This document shows, in pieces, positions 38,362 through 49,167 of a stretch of 64,000 nt of DNA. The DNA is from Clostridia bacterium (GTDB lineage: Bacteria; Bacillota; Clostridia; Christensenellales; UBA1242): contig JAFTKS010000012.1 in assembly GCA_017453125.1 (NCBI GenBank), positions 117,238-181,237 on the forward strand. The letters are read 5' to 3'. Position 1 is the stretch's first letter, and each line of letters starts with the position of its first letter. Position numbers and translations under genes: made by a program. The notes below the pieces were generated by a model that saw only the letters and a program-made list of their open reading frames with translations, made no database searches and was not told where the DNA came from.

Positions 38362-40395
38362 TTATTTCTTTAGATTCTTAGCAGAACTCAACAAACTTTG
38401 AAGAGATGTCTTTTTCTTAGGAGCCTCTGCTGGTTGTTCTTCTTTCTTTTCTTCCTCTACAGGCTCTTCAACTTTTTCCTCAGTCTCTACTGGAGTTTCT
38501 TCTTTCTTTTCTTGTTCTTCTGCATTTTTTGCTAATTCTTCAGCTTTTTGTTGTTTCTCTTCATCTGCTATATTCTGTTGAAGGTTTGAGAATGTTTTGA
38601 ATGGGTTTGCCTCATTATCTGCAGCAACTCTAGCCCTTTCATTGATTTCTTCAATTTCTTTTGCGTATTCAGAATTAGCTTTATTAACTTCTTTAAGTTT
38701 TGCAAGAAGTTCATTTTCCTCTTGTTTCATCTTGTCATCACGTTTGTCAGTTGAAACAATTGCGGCAATTGTATTCTTTTGCTCTTCAATCTTCTCTTCT
38801 TGCTCTTCTTCGTACTCTTCAAGTTTACGTTTCTTTTTCTTATCACTAACTCTTTGTCTGAATTCAGGAGTATTGAAGTAATCTCTAACGTTATTGATTG
38901 CCTCAATTTCTGCAATTCTAACCTTAATATCTTGTTCAAGCTTAGAGATATATTCTTGTTTTGCCTTAATATCAGCATCTTGGTCAGCAACAAGAAGTGT
39001 CATTTTATCAATTTCTTCTTGAAGAATTCTTGCTCTTTCTTCTTTTTCTTTCAAGATTGGTTCTTGTTGAGATTGAAGAGATTTGTTAATTTCACCCCAT
39101 ACTTTATTGGAGTAATTTCTACACTCACTCATCATATTCTCTTCAACTTGAGCCTTCTTTTCTTTGATTTCTGCAGTCAATTGTGCAATATCCTGCTCCA
39201 TCTCTTGTTGTTGTTTTGTAAAGTTGATTTGAGCATATTCATAGTCTTTTTCAAGTTGTTGTTGTTTTTGTTGCTCTTCGTTATATCTTTTCTTCAAGTA
39301 GTTAGCCTCAATCTTTACTGAAGTAGCATTCAATTGTTCATTAATTGATGCCATATTTTCTCTAACTGCTTGAGACTTTCTTTCATAATCCTTGGTAACT
39401 TCATCGAATTTCTTCTGATAGTTAAACATTTCTGTTTCTTTAGAATTGATTCTTTCAGTCATTCCACGCTTGAAATTGAAGTATCTTTCACCTTCTGACA
39501 TTGCTCTATCTAGAAGTAACGCACTCTCAACACCAACTGGTTCGAAATTGAAGTTCTCAAAGTGATTGGCATTCATTTCAGCTTCTTCAGCTTCTTTTTG
39601 TTCTTGAAGTGCTCTCTTCTCTAGATATTCTTGAAGTACAGGGATTGCCTCTCTGATTTCTTTCGCATCGAATAATACTTCATAATCAACGAATGAAGGC
39701 ATAGTTGAACAAGCTTTGTTTAGGTATCTTTCAAACTCGTGAAATTCATAATAAAGGTCAGCATATCGGCTAGATTCCATCAACTTTAGGAAAGTAACGA
39801 TAAACATACCAATAAATAAATAAACCAATGGGAATAACAAAACTTGGAACCAAACTGTTAATTCAACAGCAGGAGCATCAATACCCTCACCCATATACAT
39901 AGGATAAGCACAAATAAGATTCGCAAGCACTGTCAAAGCAGAAACCATAATAGTAATAAATAGTACAGTATTAGAAATATTCTTATAAGAACTACTTCTT
40001 GTTGGTTGGTCAATACAAGTTACAGAATTAATATATTCGCTAGGCTGTCTATCTCTATTAAGCATATATTCAGTCCAACAATATCTCAAAGTCTTTGGAA
40101 CTTGTTTGAATTTTTGGTTAACCTCTACAAGATTATCCTCATTTATAAACGGATTTTTCTTAAAGTATCTATTGAATCCAGATACACATCTAAGAAGCCT
40201 AGTTTCATAAGTTCTTGAAATAAGTATAATACAAACCACAATACCTATGATAAAAAAAGCAAGTGATACAAAGAATATTGTTTGAAAACCTGAAGTTAAA
40301 CCTTCTGATGATGCAAATTGTCCAATTTGTGAAAACAAATTCAAAATAGTATCAAACAAATTATTTGCTGCCAACATTTCAAATGCATTTAACAT
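38362..40395 (-). CDS. 3-TM membrane protein with about 470-aa E/K/Q-rich coiled-coil tail, unknown function
   Basis: Hydrophobic segments FFVSLAFFIIGIVVCIILI, VLFITIMVSALTVLANLICAY and VWFQVLLFPLVYLFIGMFIVTFL, then heptad-like charged sequence to the C-terminus. Confidence 0.7.
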   Translation of the reverse strand: MLNAFEMLAANNLFDTILNLFSQIGQFASSEGLTSGFQTIFFVSLAFFIIGIVVCIILISRTYETRLLRCVSGFNRYFKKNPFINEDNLVEVNQKFKQVPKTLRYCWTEYMLNRDRQPSEYINSVTCIDQPTRSSSYKNISNTVLFITIMVSALTVLANLICAYPMYMGEGIDAPAVELTVWFQVLLFPLVYLFIGMFIVTFLKLMESSRYADLYYEFHEFERYLNKACSTMPSFVDYEVLFDAKEIREAIPVLQEYLEKRALQEQKEAEEAEMNANHFENFNFEPVGVESALLLDRAMSEGERYFNFKRGMTERINSKETEMFNYQKKFDEVTKDYERKSQAVRENMASINEQLNATSVKIEANYLKKRYNEEQQKQQQLEKDYEYAQINFTKQQQEMEQDIAQLTAEIKEKKAQVEENMMSECRNYSNKVWGEINKSLQSQQEPILKEKEERARILQEEIDKMTLLVADQDADIKAKQEYISKLEQDIKVRIAEIEAINNVRDYFNTPEFRQRVSDKKKKRKLEEYEEEQEEKIEEQKNTIAAIVSTDKRDDKMKQEENELLAKLKEVNKANSEYAKEIEEINERARVAADNEANPFKTFSNLQQNIADEEKQQKAEELAKNAEEQEKKEETPVETEEKVEEPVEEEKKEEQPAEAPKKKTSLQSLLSSAKNLKK

Positions 40396-40430
40396 ATGTT
40401 TCTCCTAATTTCATTTTTCATTATGACTAT

Positions 40431-40462
40431 ATTATATCATATACTTTATTATTTATCTAATA
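40431..40462 (-). promoter_or_regulatory. extended -10 promoter for 38362-40395
   Basis: Minus strand TTAGAT, 16 nt, TGATATAAT, in the 91-bp gap after addA. Confidence 0.5.
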
Positions 40463-40486
40463 AAATGAACACACTTTTAAAAAATT

Positions 40487-43400
40487 TTAACCAACTTCTA
40501 TAAGTTTCCCCAATGCAAATGAATACAAATATTTATGATTCACTTTTTTCCCTGTTGCATCAGAAAAAGCCTTGCTATAAAGGTCTAATTGAAGGGAATA
40601 TTCGGAAATAAGTACTTTTTCAGAAACACCTCTATTTGTTTTAAAATCAATTATACAAACATCATAGGGTTTTTCAACTATTAAATCAATTACGCCCTGC
40701 ACAATCACCTTAGTATTATTATCGGTAGATTTAACCAATTTATTATAATTTTCGCAAAGTAAAAATTGTTTTTCTCTCCATACTGCAGTAGATTCTTTGA
40801 TTAAAGGTGCTATAACTTCAATCGCTTTAAGAACATCTTCTTTTCTTATAAATTTCTGAAGAGATTCTTCAATTTTACCTTCCGCCACCAACCTAGATAT
40901 CAAAGACTCCACTTCTTGCATTGATTCATTATAACAAACTTCTTGCATAACTGTGTGATAAGCTGTTCCAAGTTTCAAAAAATCAATCGAACTATTCCCG
41001 TCTTGCTTATCAATCAGTCGTGACGAATAAGATAGATTCTCATAATCCACCTCTTCCCTAAGTATATTTGTAACAGTATTTTTGATTGCAACAGAAGATG
41101 TTTCAATATTTGTTGCATAGCATTGCTCCAACTTCTTGACAACACCATCATCAACAGCAGATATAATAATATCATTCTTCTTTTCTTCTTGCAAATCCTC
41201 GAAGTCATCTTGAGAATATATTCTAACTTTAGTTACATTTGAACACCCTTCATTTAAGACAAATTCAGATTTGCTCAAAAACAAATCAATATCAGACCTT
41301 TCCACCGCCCTTAGAATCATTTCATAATAATTTCTCATTGAATAGATAGGTTTGCGTTTTAGAGTATGCAACTTCTCCAAATTAAACGTACCAATCAAAG
41401 ACAATTGTTCTTTTGGTCTTGTCATTGCTACATATAGAAGTCTAATTTCTTCATCAATTTCTGATTTTATATTGTTTAATTTACAAGCACTTCTAATAAT
41501 TGTTTCACTCAATACCCTCTTCGTACTATCTATACTTTTGAGACCAACACCAAATTCTCCATTTATAACAATATCGCTACTATCCTTGTTTAATTGAAAC
41601 CTCTTTCCTAAGCCTCCTAGAATTACAGCAGGATACTCAAGCCCTTTGCTGTGATGTATTGTACAAATTTCCACAGCATTACCCTCAGTACCAACCCCTT
41701 GCAAAACAGATTCCTTTGAAACAAATTCCAAATATTCCAGAAACTTATCAAGACTATATTTATAATTATCATTATCAGCCAGTCTTATAAACTCTATAAT
41801 ATTGCTTTCTCGCTTTGTTCCGTCTTTTTGACACAGGAATTTATTTATAATATCAAACTCAGTTATTACATAATGCAAATAATCCCTAAGCGTCATTGTA
41901 AGCAATCTTTTTCTACTATCGTCTACAAATGCAAAAAACTCACTTATTTTTTCACATATGCTTTCGTTTCCTGAGTACGACTTAACACAATTATAAAACT
42001 TTTCGTTAATACCAACCCTTCTAATCTCCAATAATTCATCATCAGAAACATTAAACAAATTCTTCAATACTGTAGAAAGAGCAACATCGTCTTGATAATT
42101 AGAAATTGTTTTTAAAATATTTATTAAAAGCACAATTTCCATTGATGAGAAGAAATCACTTGTAACAGATGCCTTGATAGGAATCTGCAAACCAATGAGA
42201 AGATTTGTTAATTTTTTTACAAAATCCCCTCTCTTTCTAAGTATGATAGCAATATCTCCGTAATCAAAATTTTGACCATTTTCTTTTTTCGTTTGAAGAA
42301 GACGCAAAATTTCTTTGGCAATCAACTGCGCCTCCAATTCATCTCTATCATCAAGTTCTTTGCTATCATTAATGATATTTAGTTGCACACTACAATCTTT
42401 GTATTCTTTGCAAGATTCAAATCTTGCATCGTTCCTATAATCAATCCCAATAGTTTGAGAAGTTATTATATTATCAAAAACACTATTTGCAAATTCAAGT
42501 ATATTCCTATCACTTCTATAGTTTTTATTGAAATTGATAAGCTTACCTTGATCTGAATGCGAAAAATCATTATACTTTGACACAAAAATTTTTGGAGAAG
42601 ATTGCCTAAACGCATATATACTCTGCTTAACATCTCCAATCATATAATAATTATTTCCCGATACCATCTTCAAAAGAATAGCCTCTTGCTTATCATTGAT
42701 ATCTTGATACTCATCAACAAATACATACTTATATTGCTCCATTAGTGCATTGCGTATTTGTTCCGACTCAAGAAGTTTTAGCATCTTTGTTTCCAAATCA
42801 TTAAAGTCTAAAACATTCTTTTTCTTTTTTAAAGACGAATATTCTTTTTCTAATTCTTCTGTAACTTCCAATAACTTTTCAACATTGTTTCTCGCCTTGA
42901 GGATATTATTTACAATATCTTCTAATGTTTCTGCACCAAAATCTTCTTTTATACTTTTAAAGTACTCTGTAAATAACCCATTAAAAAATTCAAGTTCTTC
43001 ACAAAAAACTTGCTCATCAACATCTGCGTTTTTAGACATTGTTGGCTTGTTTGGAAAGGACGTTTCATTCAATAATTTAATCGCCATTTCGTTTGTTGAT
43101 GCTGTTGTAAAAGCATTAATAAACTGATACTTCAATTCTAAGAAGTTTTCGTATTTTGCGTAACCACTCGAACTTGCAATCTTTTTAAGTCTCACAATAT
43201 CTGAAGAAAGAGACAAAAACAATTGTCTGTAATGTTCAAGAATATAATCACAAGCAGAGTTTTGATTGATATCAAGATGATAACTGCCTTGCAAAAACTT
43301 CTCTTTCCACGACAAATAATCAACTTTTGCAAGTTTGTACTCGTACATTTGTAGTATCATTTTTTTCAAGCTTACATCATTTCTTTTTGAATTGTAACAT

Positions 43401-43882
43401 TCATACAAGTCAAAAAATGTTTCATCAGAAGAGAAAATGTATTTATTTATAATATTTTTCAGAGCAACATCAAGCAAATACTTTTGTTCTTTGTCTATAA
43501 GCAATCCAAAGTCAGGACTCTCTTCAACTTCATAAAAATACTTGACCAAAAGTTTTCTGCATATTGCGTGCAATGTTCCAATCTCAGCATTGTCAAGTTT
43601 CTCCAATTGCTCTTTGAGAAAAGCTCCTTTGTCCTGGTCAACCTCAGAAACAAGAGAAGATATTTCATTGTAGAGTCTTAGTCTAATTTCGCTTGCCGCA
43701 GCATTTGTATAGGTTACCACCAAAAGAGATGTAACAGGAACCCTCTCTTCAAGTAATATTTTTACTAATTTTTGAATCATTGTAGAAGTCTTTCCTGAAC
43801 CTGCGGACGCAGAAACAAGAACATTACTACCAGTTGATTCCAAAAACACTTTCTGTTCTTCATTTGGCTCAAACTTTGCCAC
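40487..43882 (-). CDS. addA: ATP-dependent helicase/nuclease subunit A (AddA)
   Basis: UvrD-type motif I VSASAGSGKTS, FVDEYQD, and a C-terminal RecB-type nuclease (GVIDLIV...IIDFKTN); 1131 aa. Confidence 0.92.
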   Translation of the reverse strand: MAKFEPNEEQKVFLESTGSNVLVSASAGSGKTSTMIQKLVKILLEERVPVTSLLVVTYTNAAASEIRLRLYNEISSLVSEVDQDKGAFLKEQLEKLDNAEIGTLHAICRKLLVKYFYEVEESPDFGLLIDKEQKYLLDVALKNIINKYIFSSDETFFDLYECYNSKRNDVSLKKMILQMYEYKLAKVDYLSWKEKFLQGSYHLDINQNSACDYILEHYRQLFLSLSSDIVRLKKIASSSGYAKYENFLELKYQFINAFTTASTNEMAIKLLNETSFPNKPTMSKNADVDEQVFCEELEFFNGLFTEYFKSIKEDFGAETLEDIVNNILKARNNVEKLLEVTEELEKEYSSLKKKKNVLDFNDLETKMLKLLESEQIRNALMEQYKYVFVDEYQDINDKQEAILLKMVSGNNYYMIGDVKQSIYAFRQSSPKIFVSKYNDFSHSDQGKLINFNKNYRSDRNILEFANSVFDNIITSQTIGIDYRNDARFESCKEYKDCSVQLNIINDSKELDDRDELEAQLIAKEILRLLQTKKENGQNFDYGDIAIILRKRGDFVKKLTNLLIGLQIPIKASVTSDFFSSMEIVLLINILKTISNYQDDVALSTVLKNLFNVSDDELLEIRRVGINEKFYNCVKSYSGNESICEKISEFFAFVDDSRKRLLTMTLRDYLHYVITEFDIINKFLCQKDGTKRESNIIEFIRLADNDNYKYSLDKFLEYLEFVSKESVLQGVGTEGNAVEICTIHHSKGLEYPAVILGGLGKRFQLNKDSSDIVINGEFGVGLKSIDSTKRVLSETIIRSACKLNNIKSEIDEEIRLLYVAMTRPKEQLSLIGTFNLEKLHTLKRKPIYSMRNYYEMILRAVERSDIDLFLSKSEFVLNEGCSNVTKVRIYSQDDFEDLQEEKKNDIIISAVDDGVVKKLEQCYATNIETSSVAIKNTVTNILREEVDYENLSYSSRLIDKQDGNSSIDFLKLGTAYHTVMQEVCYNESMQEVESLISRLVAEGKIEESLQKFIRKEDVLKAIEVIAPLIKESTAVWREKQFLLCENYNKLVKSTDNNTKVIVQGVIDLIVEKPYDVCIIDFKTNRGVSEKVLISEYSLQLDLYSKAFSDATGKKVNHKYLYSFALGKLIEVG

Positions 43883-46800
43883 AACCCTCTCCTAATTCTT
43901 TTAATTTTTGAATATTTGCAACATCTTGTACGTGGTTATCGTTATTATTAGCATATCCACACATTGCCTTGAATGAGCAATAGTCACAAGTTCTTTTCCC
44001 CGACTCTTCCAATGGGAACGGGGTTATGTCTCCAGTCTTAATTCTTGAAATAGACTTCTTCACCTGTTTCATTGCAAAGTCCAATAGATAATCAAAATCC
44101 TCTTTCTCAAGACAAAGATTCTTATAATAGGAAGAACTATACAATTTCCCCGTCGATGTGGTTTTGAGATTCAATGTTTTGCTTTTATAATTCTCTTGTG
44201 AAAGATTACAATCAAGACTCAGAATATTTGATTCGTCTCTTAACATAACACCACTGAATCTATATGAATCTTCTTGTCCAAATTTATTTGATATCGGCAA
44301 ATAAAACGCACCCTTTGCAGACAACTTTTGCTTATCCTCAAAAGCCTTTGCATATACTAATAATTGCAACTTTTTCCCCGACAACACATCGTTGAAATTT
44401 TTAAAACTATTGTCACCAGTTTTGTAATCTATTACAACAAAACCATCTTGAGTCGCATCAATTCTATCTATGAATCCTTTGAGATTAACACCATCTACGT
44501 TTAGAATTTTGTCAAACTTATACTCACAATACAAAGGCTTGAACGCACTACTTGCTATCTCATCACAAATAGCATCGAGAATCCTATCAAGTTCTTTGAA
44601 TAATGATTTTACCACATAAACATTCTCAACATTATCCTTTCTATCACAATATTGTTCTTTTCCAAGAACTTGCGTCAAACACTTTGCTCCCAATGTTTGA
44701 ACTTGCTCCTTATCATAATTCAGAGCAATAATTTTAGGAACAACAAAGCTCAATACTTCGTGCAAGATATTTCCAATATCCACTTGTTTGATTTCATTGT
44801 TATTGCTTTCTTCCAGCCTTAGTCCATATTTTACAAAATGCATATATGGGCACTTGTTAAAACATTCTAATTGGCTAACACTAGTATTTCCTGACACAAA
44901 AAAATCATTTTTATCCAGCATCTTTTTTTCTGGCAGAGCATTAATTTGAGCTATGAAATTTTTTGTCTTCTCATCTGCAAAGTAATACATAGACGCAATT
45001 AATTTTCTATAACTCTCAAACTCATTATAAATATCCCATTGTGTCAAATACTTAATAAGATTATTAGATAAAATCTCCCTGTTAAAATTATTGAAAACAA
45101 TATTATTACTATCAAGTTCTCTATTATTAAAATCAATAACAGAAAGAAATCCCGAACAATTCTTAGGTTCAATTTTTAAGATTTTTGAAATAGAATTGGT
45201 AAAATTATTTGCAAATAATTTACCTTCCATATTATTTAACGGATAAGTTAAAACCAATTCTTTTTCAAACTTAAATATTAATTCAAATAATTTAAACACC
45301 TTTCTAGCATTAAGCATTGCAACGGTCGGAGTCAACCTTTTTGCATTTGGAAGTCTTGCCAATTCTTCATCAGTGACTAGTCCATTATCCAATTTTTGTT
45401 TAGGCAGTTTTCCATCATTATTTCCAAGTACATACAAATAGTCTTTGTTTGTTATGTAACTAGCATTAAAGTCTGCAATAAACAAAGTGTTACTTGTTAT
45501 TGGAGGCATACTTATGCTAGTTGACTCAAAATACGCCTTATATATCTCTAGGAATTCAGCAAAATCCATCTCTATATTGCCAAAAACTCCTACAAAATCA
45601 CGATTAATACTCTCAAATTTATTTGGAACTTGATCAAAGACTCGTTTTTCAACAACAGAAAGACCTTCCCTAAATCCAATACTTCTATTTAAAATATAGT
45701 AAAATAATTGCTCCAACTCTTCTATGTAAGTAGACACTTTTCGTTGTGATTTGTTTTCTTTGATTGATTTAATAATAGAAACAAATTCTTTGAGTTCATC
45801 AGGCATTTTCTCTACTCTGGATATACACATATCCGACACTGCCCCAATTTTCTGAAGATAAGAATCGTATTCCAATATATCATCTGCAAAACCAAGAAGT
45901 GGTGACTTGATTACACTACTAAAGTCTGTATACTTATAATCCCCTTCTATAATCTTACAAATATCAAAAAACAACCTAATTATATAATTATCAATCAAAG
46001 ACTTGCTCTCATCTATATAAAATGGAATTGTATATTTTGATAGTTCATCAATTAAAAGTGTCTTATAATCTGAAAGCGATGGTAATACGATAGCAAAATC
46101 ATCAAAGCCAAGACTTTTATCTTTCACTTTGCCATAAATATCCGCGACCACAAATTTGACTTCATCATAAATATTATTGAATGAATCGATAGTAATAGAT
46201 ATGTTTTTATCATCTATCTCTTTAGGAGAATAAGACAAAACCTGTTCTGACAATTTATTAATATTGTCTTTTTTATAAGCTACCAATTTTGTAATTTTAT
46301 AATCAAGACCGTCACTTTTAAAAAGTTCAATTAAATCATAATAAACCTTGTGATTATATATATTTGAATTTGCAGAATTTTTACCATAAGTACAAGATAA
46401 ATAAACACCATCGCTAAACTTAGCAAGTTTCAAAATAATCTCATACATAATTCTTGTAAAATCTTCAAATTCTAGAAAATAAAAGATTGTATTTGAAAAA
46501 GTATTTTTATCAATTAAATCTGCAAAAACTTTCAATTGATTAAAGCTATCAGTATATTCGTTTTGAAGATATTTTTCATATTCAGTATAGACAAACTTAA
46601 TATCTTTTTGCTTTAGATTCGCAATAGAAGATGAATCATCTACATATATTTGCTCAGGAGAAACATTACAACTCTTGTAAAAACAAATAGTTTCAAATAA
46701 AGAACTAGCAAAACCAATAAAAGATGTGGCTTTTTTGAACGCAACTAGACTATCTCTATTTTGTTCCAATATTCTTTTTACAACAGCCACTCCCGATTGC

Positions 46801-47045
46801 TTTGAAAGAATCTTTTTGGAAGTTCCTGTTAAATATTTTTTTGAAAGTCTTGAAAGTGATATTACGTTAATATCAAAAAAACACTTCTCTCCCGTTTCGG
46901 AAAAAAGTTTTTGTTCTATACTAAACTGACTTCTATCAGGCGCTATTATAATATGATTTTTTGACTTATCTCTATTTTTGAGAAGTGAAAAAATATAATC
47001 GTTATTTATCTGATTACTTCTACCTGCAATAATATTTATATCCAC
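43869..47045 (-). CDS. addB: helicase/nuclease subunit B (AddB/RexB type)
   Basis: Overlaps addA by 14 nt. The N-terminus has no Walker A (IIAGRSNQINN). C-terminal nuclease GFIDRID...VIDYKTG and Fe-S cysteines CFNKCPYMHF...CDYCSFKAMC. Confidence 0.88.
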   Translation of the reverse strand: MDINIIAGRSNQINNDYIFSLLKNRDKSKNHIIIAPDRSQFSIEQKLFSETGEKCFFDINVISLSRLSKKYLTGTSKKILSKQSGVAVVKRILEQNRDSLVAFKKATSFIGFASSLFETICFYKSCNVSPEQIYVDDSSSIANLKQKDIKFVYTEYEKYLQNEYTDSFNQLKVFADLIDKNTFSNTIFYFLEFEDFTRIMYEIILKLAKFSDGVYLSCTYGKNSANSNIYNHKVYYDLIELFKSDGLDYKITKLVAYKKDNINKLSEQVLSYSPKEIDDKNISITIDSFNNIYDEVKFVVADIYGKVKDKSLGFDDFAIVLPSLSDYKTLLIDELSKYTIPFYIDESKSLIDNYIIRLFFDICKIIEGDYKYTDFSSVIKSPLLGFADDILEYDSYLQKIGAVSDMCISRVEKMPDELKEFVSIIKSIKENKSQRKVSTYIEELEQLFYYILNRSIGFREGLSVVEKRVFDQVPNKFESINRDFVGVFGNIEMDFAEFLEIYKAYFESTSISMPPITSNTLFIADFNASYITNKDYLYVLGNNDGKLPKQKLDNGLVTDEELARLPNAKRLTPTVAMLNARKVFKLFELIFKFEKELVLTYPLNNMEGKLFANNFTNSISKILKIEPKNCSGFLSVIDFNNRELDSNNIVFNNFNREILSNNLIKYLTQWDIYNEFESYRKLIASMYYFADEKTKNFIAQINALPEKKMLDKNDFFVSGNTSVSQLECFNKCPYMHFVKYGLRLEESNNNEIKQVDIGNILHEVLSFVVPKIIALNYDKEQVQTLGAKCLTQVLGKEQYCDRKDNVENVYVVKSLFKELDRILDAICDEIASSAFKPLYCEYKFDKILNVDGVNLKGFIDRIDATQDGFVVIDYKTGDNSFKNFNDVLSGKKLQLLVYAKAFEDKQKLSAKGAFYLPISNKFGQEDSYRFSGVMLRDESNILSLDCNLSQENYKSKTLNLKTTSTGKLYSSSYYKNLCLEKEDFDYLLDFAMKQVKKSISRIKTGDITPFPLEESGKRTCDYCSFKAMCGYANNNDNHVQDVANIQKLKELGEGCGKV

Positions 47046-47114
47046 AGACTTTCTCCTTGTGGATATTGTAACAAAATACTACTATTTTTTCAACTTTTCT
47101 AACCTTTATTATAT

Positions 47115-47351
47115 TTAATTTTTCAATTTTCTTTTTAACAAATTTAATTCATTATTCAATAGTTCTATTTGTCTTAAATACTTTTCTTCCACTCGAACTT
47201 CGGTGGATTTTTTGATAAGCTTTATCAATCCACTCATAAGACTCAAAATATCATCGTCAGACACAATATCACAATTACTTGGAAACTTGAGTATTTTGAT
47301 TTGAAAATAAAATATTCCTTTGCAGAATTTGTTTGGTTTTAATTTCTTCAT
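47115..47351 (-). CDS. hypothetical small protein (78 aa)
   Basis: ORF only; C-terminal coiled-coil-like LRQIELLNNELNLLKRKLK; no recognisable domain. Confidence 0.35.
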   Translation of the reverse strand: MKKLKPNKFCKGIFYFQIKILKFPSNCDIVSDDDILSLMSGLIKLIKKSTEVRVEEKYLRQIELLNNELNLLKRKLKN

Positions 47352-47435
47352 ATTTAATAATTCCCCACTTTCATATAATTAAAACCTCTTTCATATAATC
47401 TAATTAATATTATATTACTTTGAAAAGGACTGATT

Positions 47436-48389
47436 ATGAAAAGAAATTTTTTACATTTTTTAAGCCAAGAAAATGCAATTTTAAATATCAATGGGCAAAG
47501 TATAGGTATTATTGACCAGCAACTATCACCACAAATCGATATAATTAGCAATACTCAAAGTTTCTTTGTTACATACGAACCTATTAGCGAAAAGCAACAA
47601 GCTATGCCTTATACATTTGTTTTAAACACACAAAACACACCTCAAAGCAATAACGAATATATCAAAATTATTCCATTCCCAAACAATCATTACGATATTA
47701 TAATGAATCCTTTTTATTATTATCAAATATCTCAATCTCAAATATTATTTAATGACACGATTGGAAAATTCTTCATCTCTATCACGTCTGACACAAGTTC
47801 ACATATAACAATCTATAGCGGAGCATCAATAGTATTCTCCCTCAATACTATTGCATTAATAGATGCCATAGTGAAACAAAAAAAAGATTATCTTATAATT
47901 GAAGGAATTATAGATTCAGACACATATCAATTAATTATTATTGATACAAATAATTTTTCAATTGTACATAATAATATTGCCCACTCAGTTGAAGAAGATA
48001 ATTATCACATCACCTCTTTCAAAAAACTTAACACTATTTGCAAACACGCTGAAATATGTACATTTGAGTTTGATAAAAAACAAAAAGATAAATACTATGT
48101 TTACGAAGACAAGTCTATAGACATTAATCCCGCTCTTATACCTCTAGCATTTTTGCAATGTATATCTATTGGAGACGAGGTAAAAGCAATGTCTTTTTTA
48201 TCCGACAACTTGAGTAATACAAACATAACACAATTACAAGGATATTTCGGAGAGATAAAGGACATATTTATAAATAGGCATAGTATTACTCCACATCGCC
48301 AAAACTATACTATCAACTCAACACGAATGAGGAATTATAATTTCATTATTGATAATCAGAAAATTACAGATATTGAGGAAGTGTTTTAA
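47436..48389 (+). CDS. hypothetical protein (317 aa)
   Basis: Long ORF with normal codon composition for this window; no motif recognised. Confidence 0.55.
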   Translation: MKRNFLHFLSQENAILNINGQSIGIIDQQLSPQIDIISNTQSFFVTYEPISEKQQAMPYTFVLNTQNTPQSNNEYIKIIPFPNNHYDIIMNPFYYYQISQSQILFNDTIGKFFISITSDTSSHITIYSGASIVFSLNTIALIDAIVKQKKDYLIIEGIIDSDTYQLIIIDTNNFSIVHNNIAHSVEEDNYHITSFKKLNTICKHAEICTFEFDKKQKDKYYVYEDKSIDINPALIPLAFLQCISIGDEVKAMSFLSDNLSNTNITQLQGYFGEIKDIFINRHSITPHRQNYTINSTRMRNYNFIIDNQKITDIEEVF

Positions 48390-48465
48390 ATTCAAACAAA
48401 ATATTCTTGGATATTTTGCATAATTGGTATATACTAATTAAAAATACAAATTCAAGGAAATCATT

Positions 48466-49167
48466 GTGGACATATACCAAATAATTGCAATCATAGCAGT
48501 AGTAATATTATTATTTATTATCGTTGTGCTTACTAGTAGAACTAGGATTATAAAGACTTATAATAAATATATGAAGATAGACAATTATCATAACCTAACA
48601 GGAGAACAACTAGCATATGTTGCCAAGAAGTTCTTAGACTTACCAAACCTGAAATTTGCATTAACAAAACAAAAACTCGGCGACGCATATATTCCTAGTC
48701 AAAATGTAATGTTAATCAGCGAAGAGGTTTGCAAAACCGCATCTCTGGCATCTCTGACAATTGTGTCTCACGAGTTTGGACACGCTCTTCAACACAAACA
48801 AAATAACGTTCTATTTTATATAACTATGCTACTTGGGAAAATTACAAGAATCACAAATAGATTTATTACCCCACTTTTAATTGTCGGAACTGCTTTGTTT
48901 GCTTTTCAATACCCTGCACTAGAATCAGGTTACACAATTTTGATAATTGCTGGTTGTTTATTTTTAGCACACGTATTTCATAAAATAATCACTATTCCAC
49001 TTGAATATGATGCTAGCAGAAAAGCACTTAAATTTTTAAAAGAAAACAATTTGCTTTCCAGCAAAGAATTAAAGCGTGCAAAAAAGCTACTTGGAATTGC
49101 TGCACAAACCTACATTGCAGGACTTCTTGATAACATATTTATCTTTAATATAAAAAGGAAAAAATAA
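48466..49167 (+). CDS. membrane zinc metallopeptidase (Zn_peptidase_2 / YpfJ-unrelated neutral peptidase family), copy 1
   Basis: GTG start; N-terminal TM; HEFGHALQ zincin motif; C-terminal TMs and EYDAS. Confidence 0.75.
   Translation: MDIYQIIAIIAVVILLFIIVVLTSRTRIIKTYNKYMKIDNYHNLTGEQLAYVAKKFLDLPNLKFALTKQKLGDAYIPSQNVMLISEEVCKTASLASLTIVSHEFGHALQHKQNNVLFYITMLLGKITRITNRFITPLLIVGTALFAFQYPALESGYTILIIAGCLFLAHVFHKIITIPLEYDASRKALKFLKENNLLSSKELKRAKKLLGIAAQTYIAGLLDNIFIFNIKRKK

Noticed and set aside
38597-39321. Plus-strand ORFs of 94 and 180 aa, and a minus-strand alternative-frame 88-aa ORF
   Set aside because: These are shadow ORFs within the repetitive GAA/AAG-rich coiled-coil coding region of 38362-40395. 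Their Leu/Phe/Ser-rich translations are nonsensical.
38362-40395. ZorA-like (Zorya) MotA-type stator with a long tail
   Set aside because: Only the gross topology matches (1+2 TM plus a long helical tail). There is no adjacent MotB/OmpA-like ZorB and no ZorC/D-type genes. I cannot find MotA/ExbB-type conserved TM motifs by eye.
47354-47551. 65-aa minus-strand ORF
   Set aside because: It overlaps the 5' end of the better-supported 317-aa plus-strand gene and the divergent spacer. It has no RBS.
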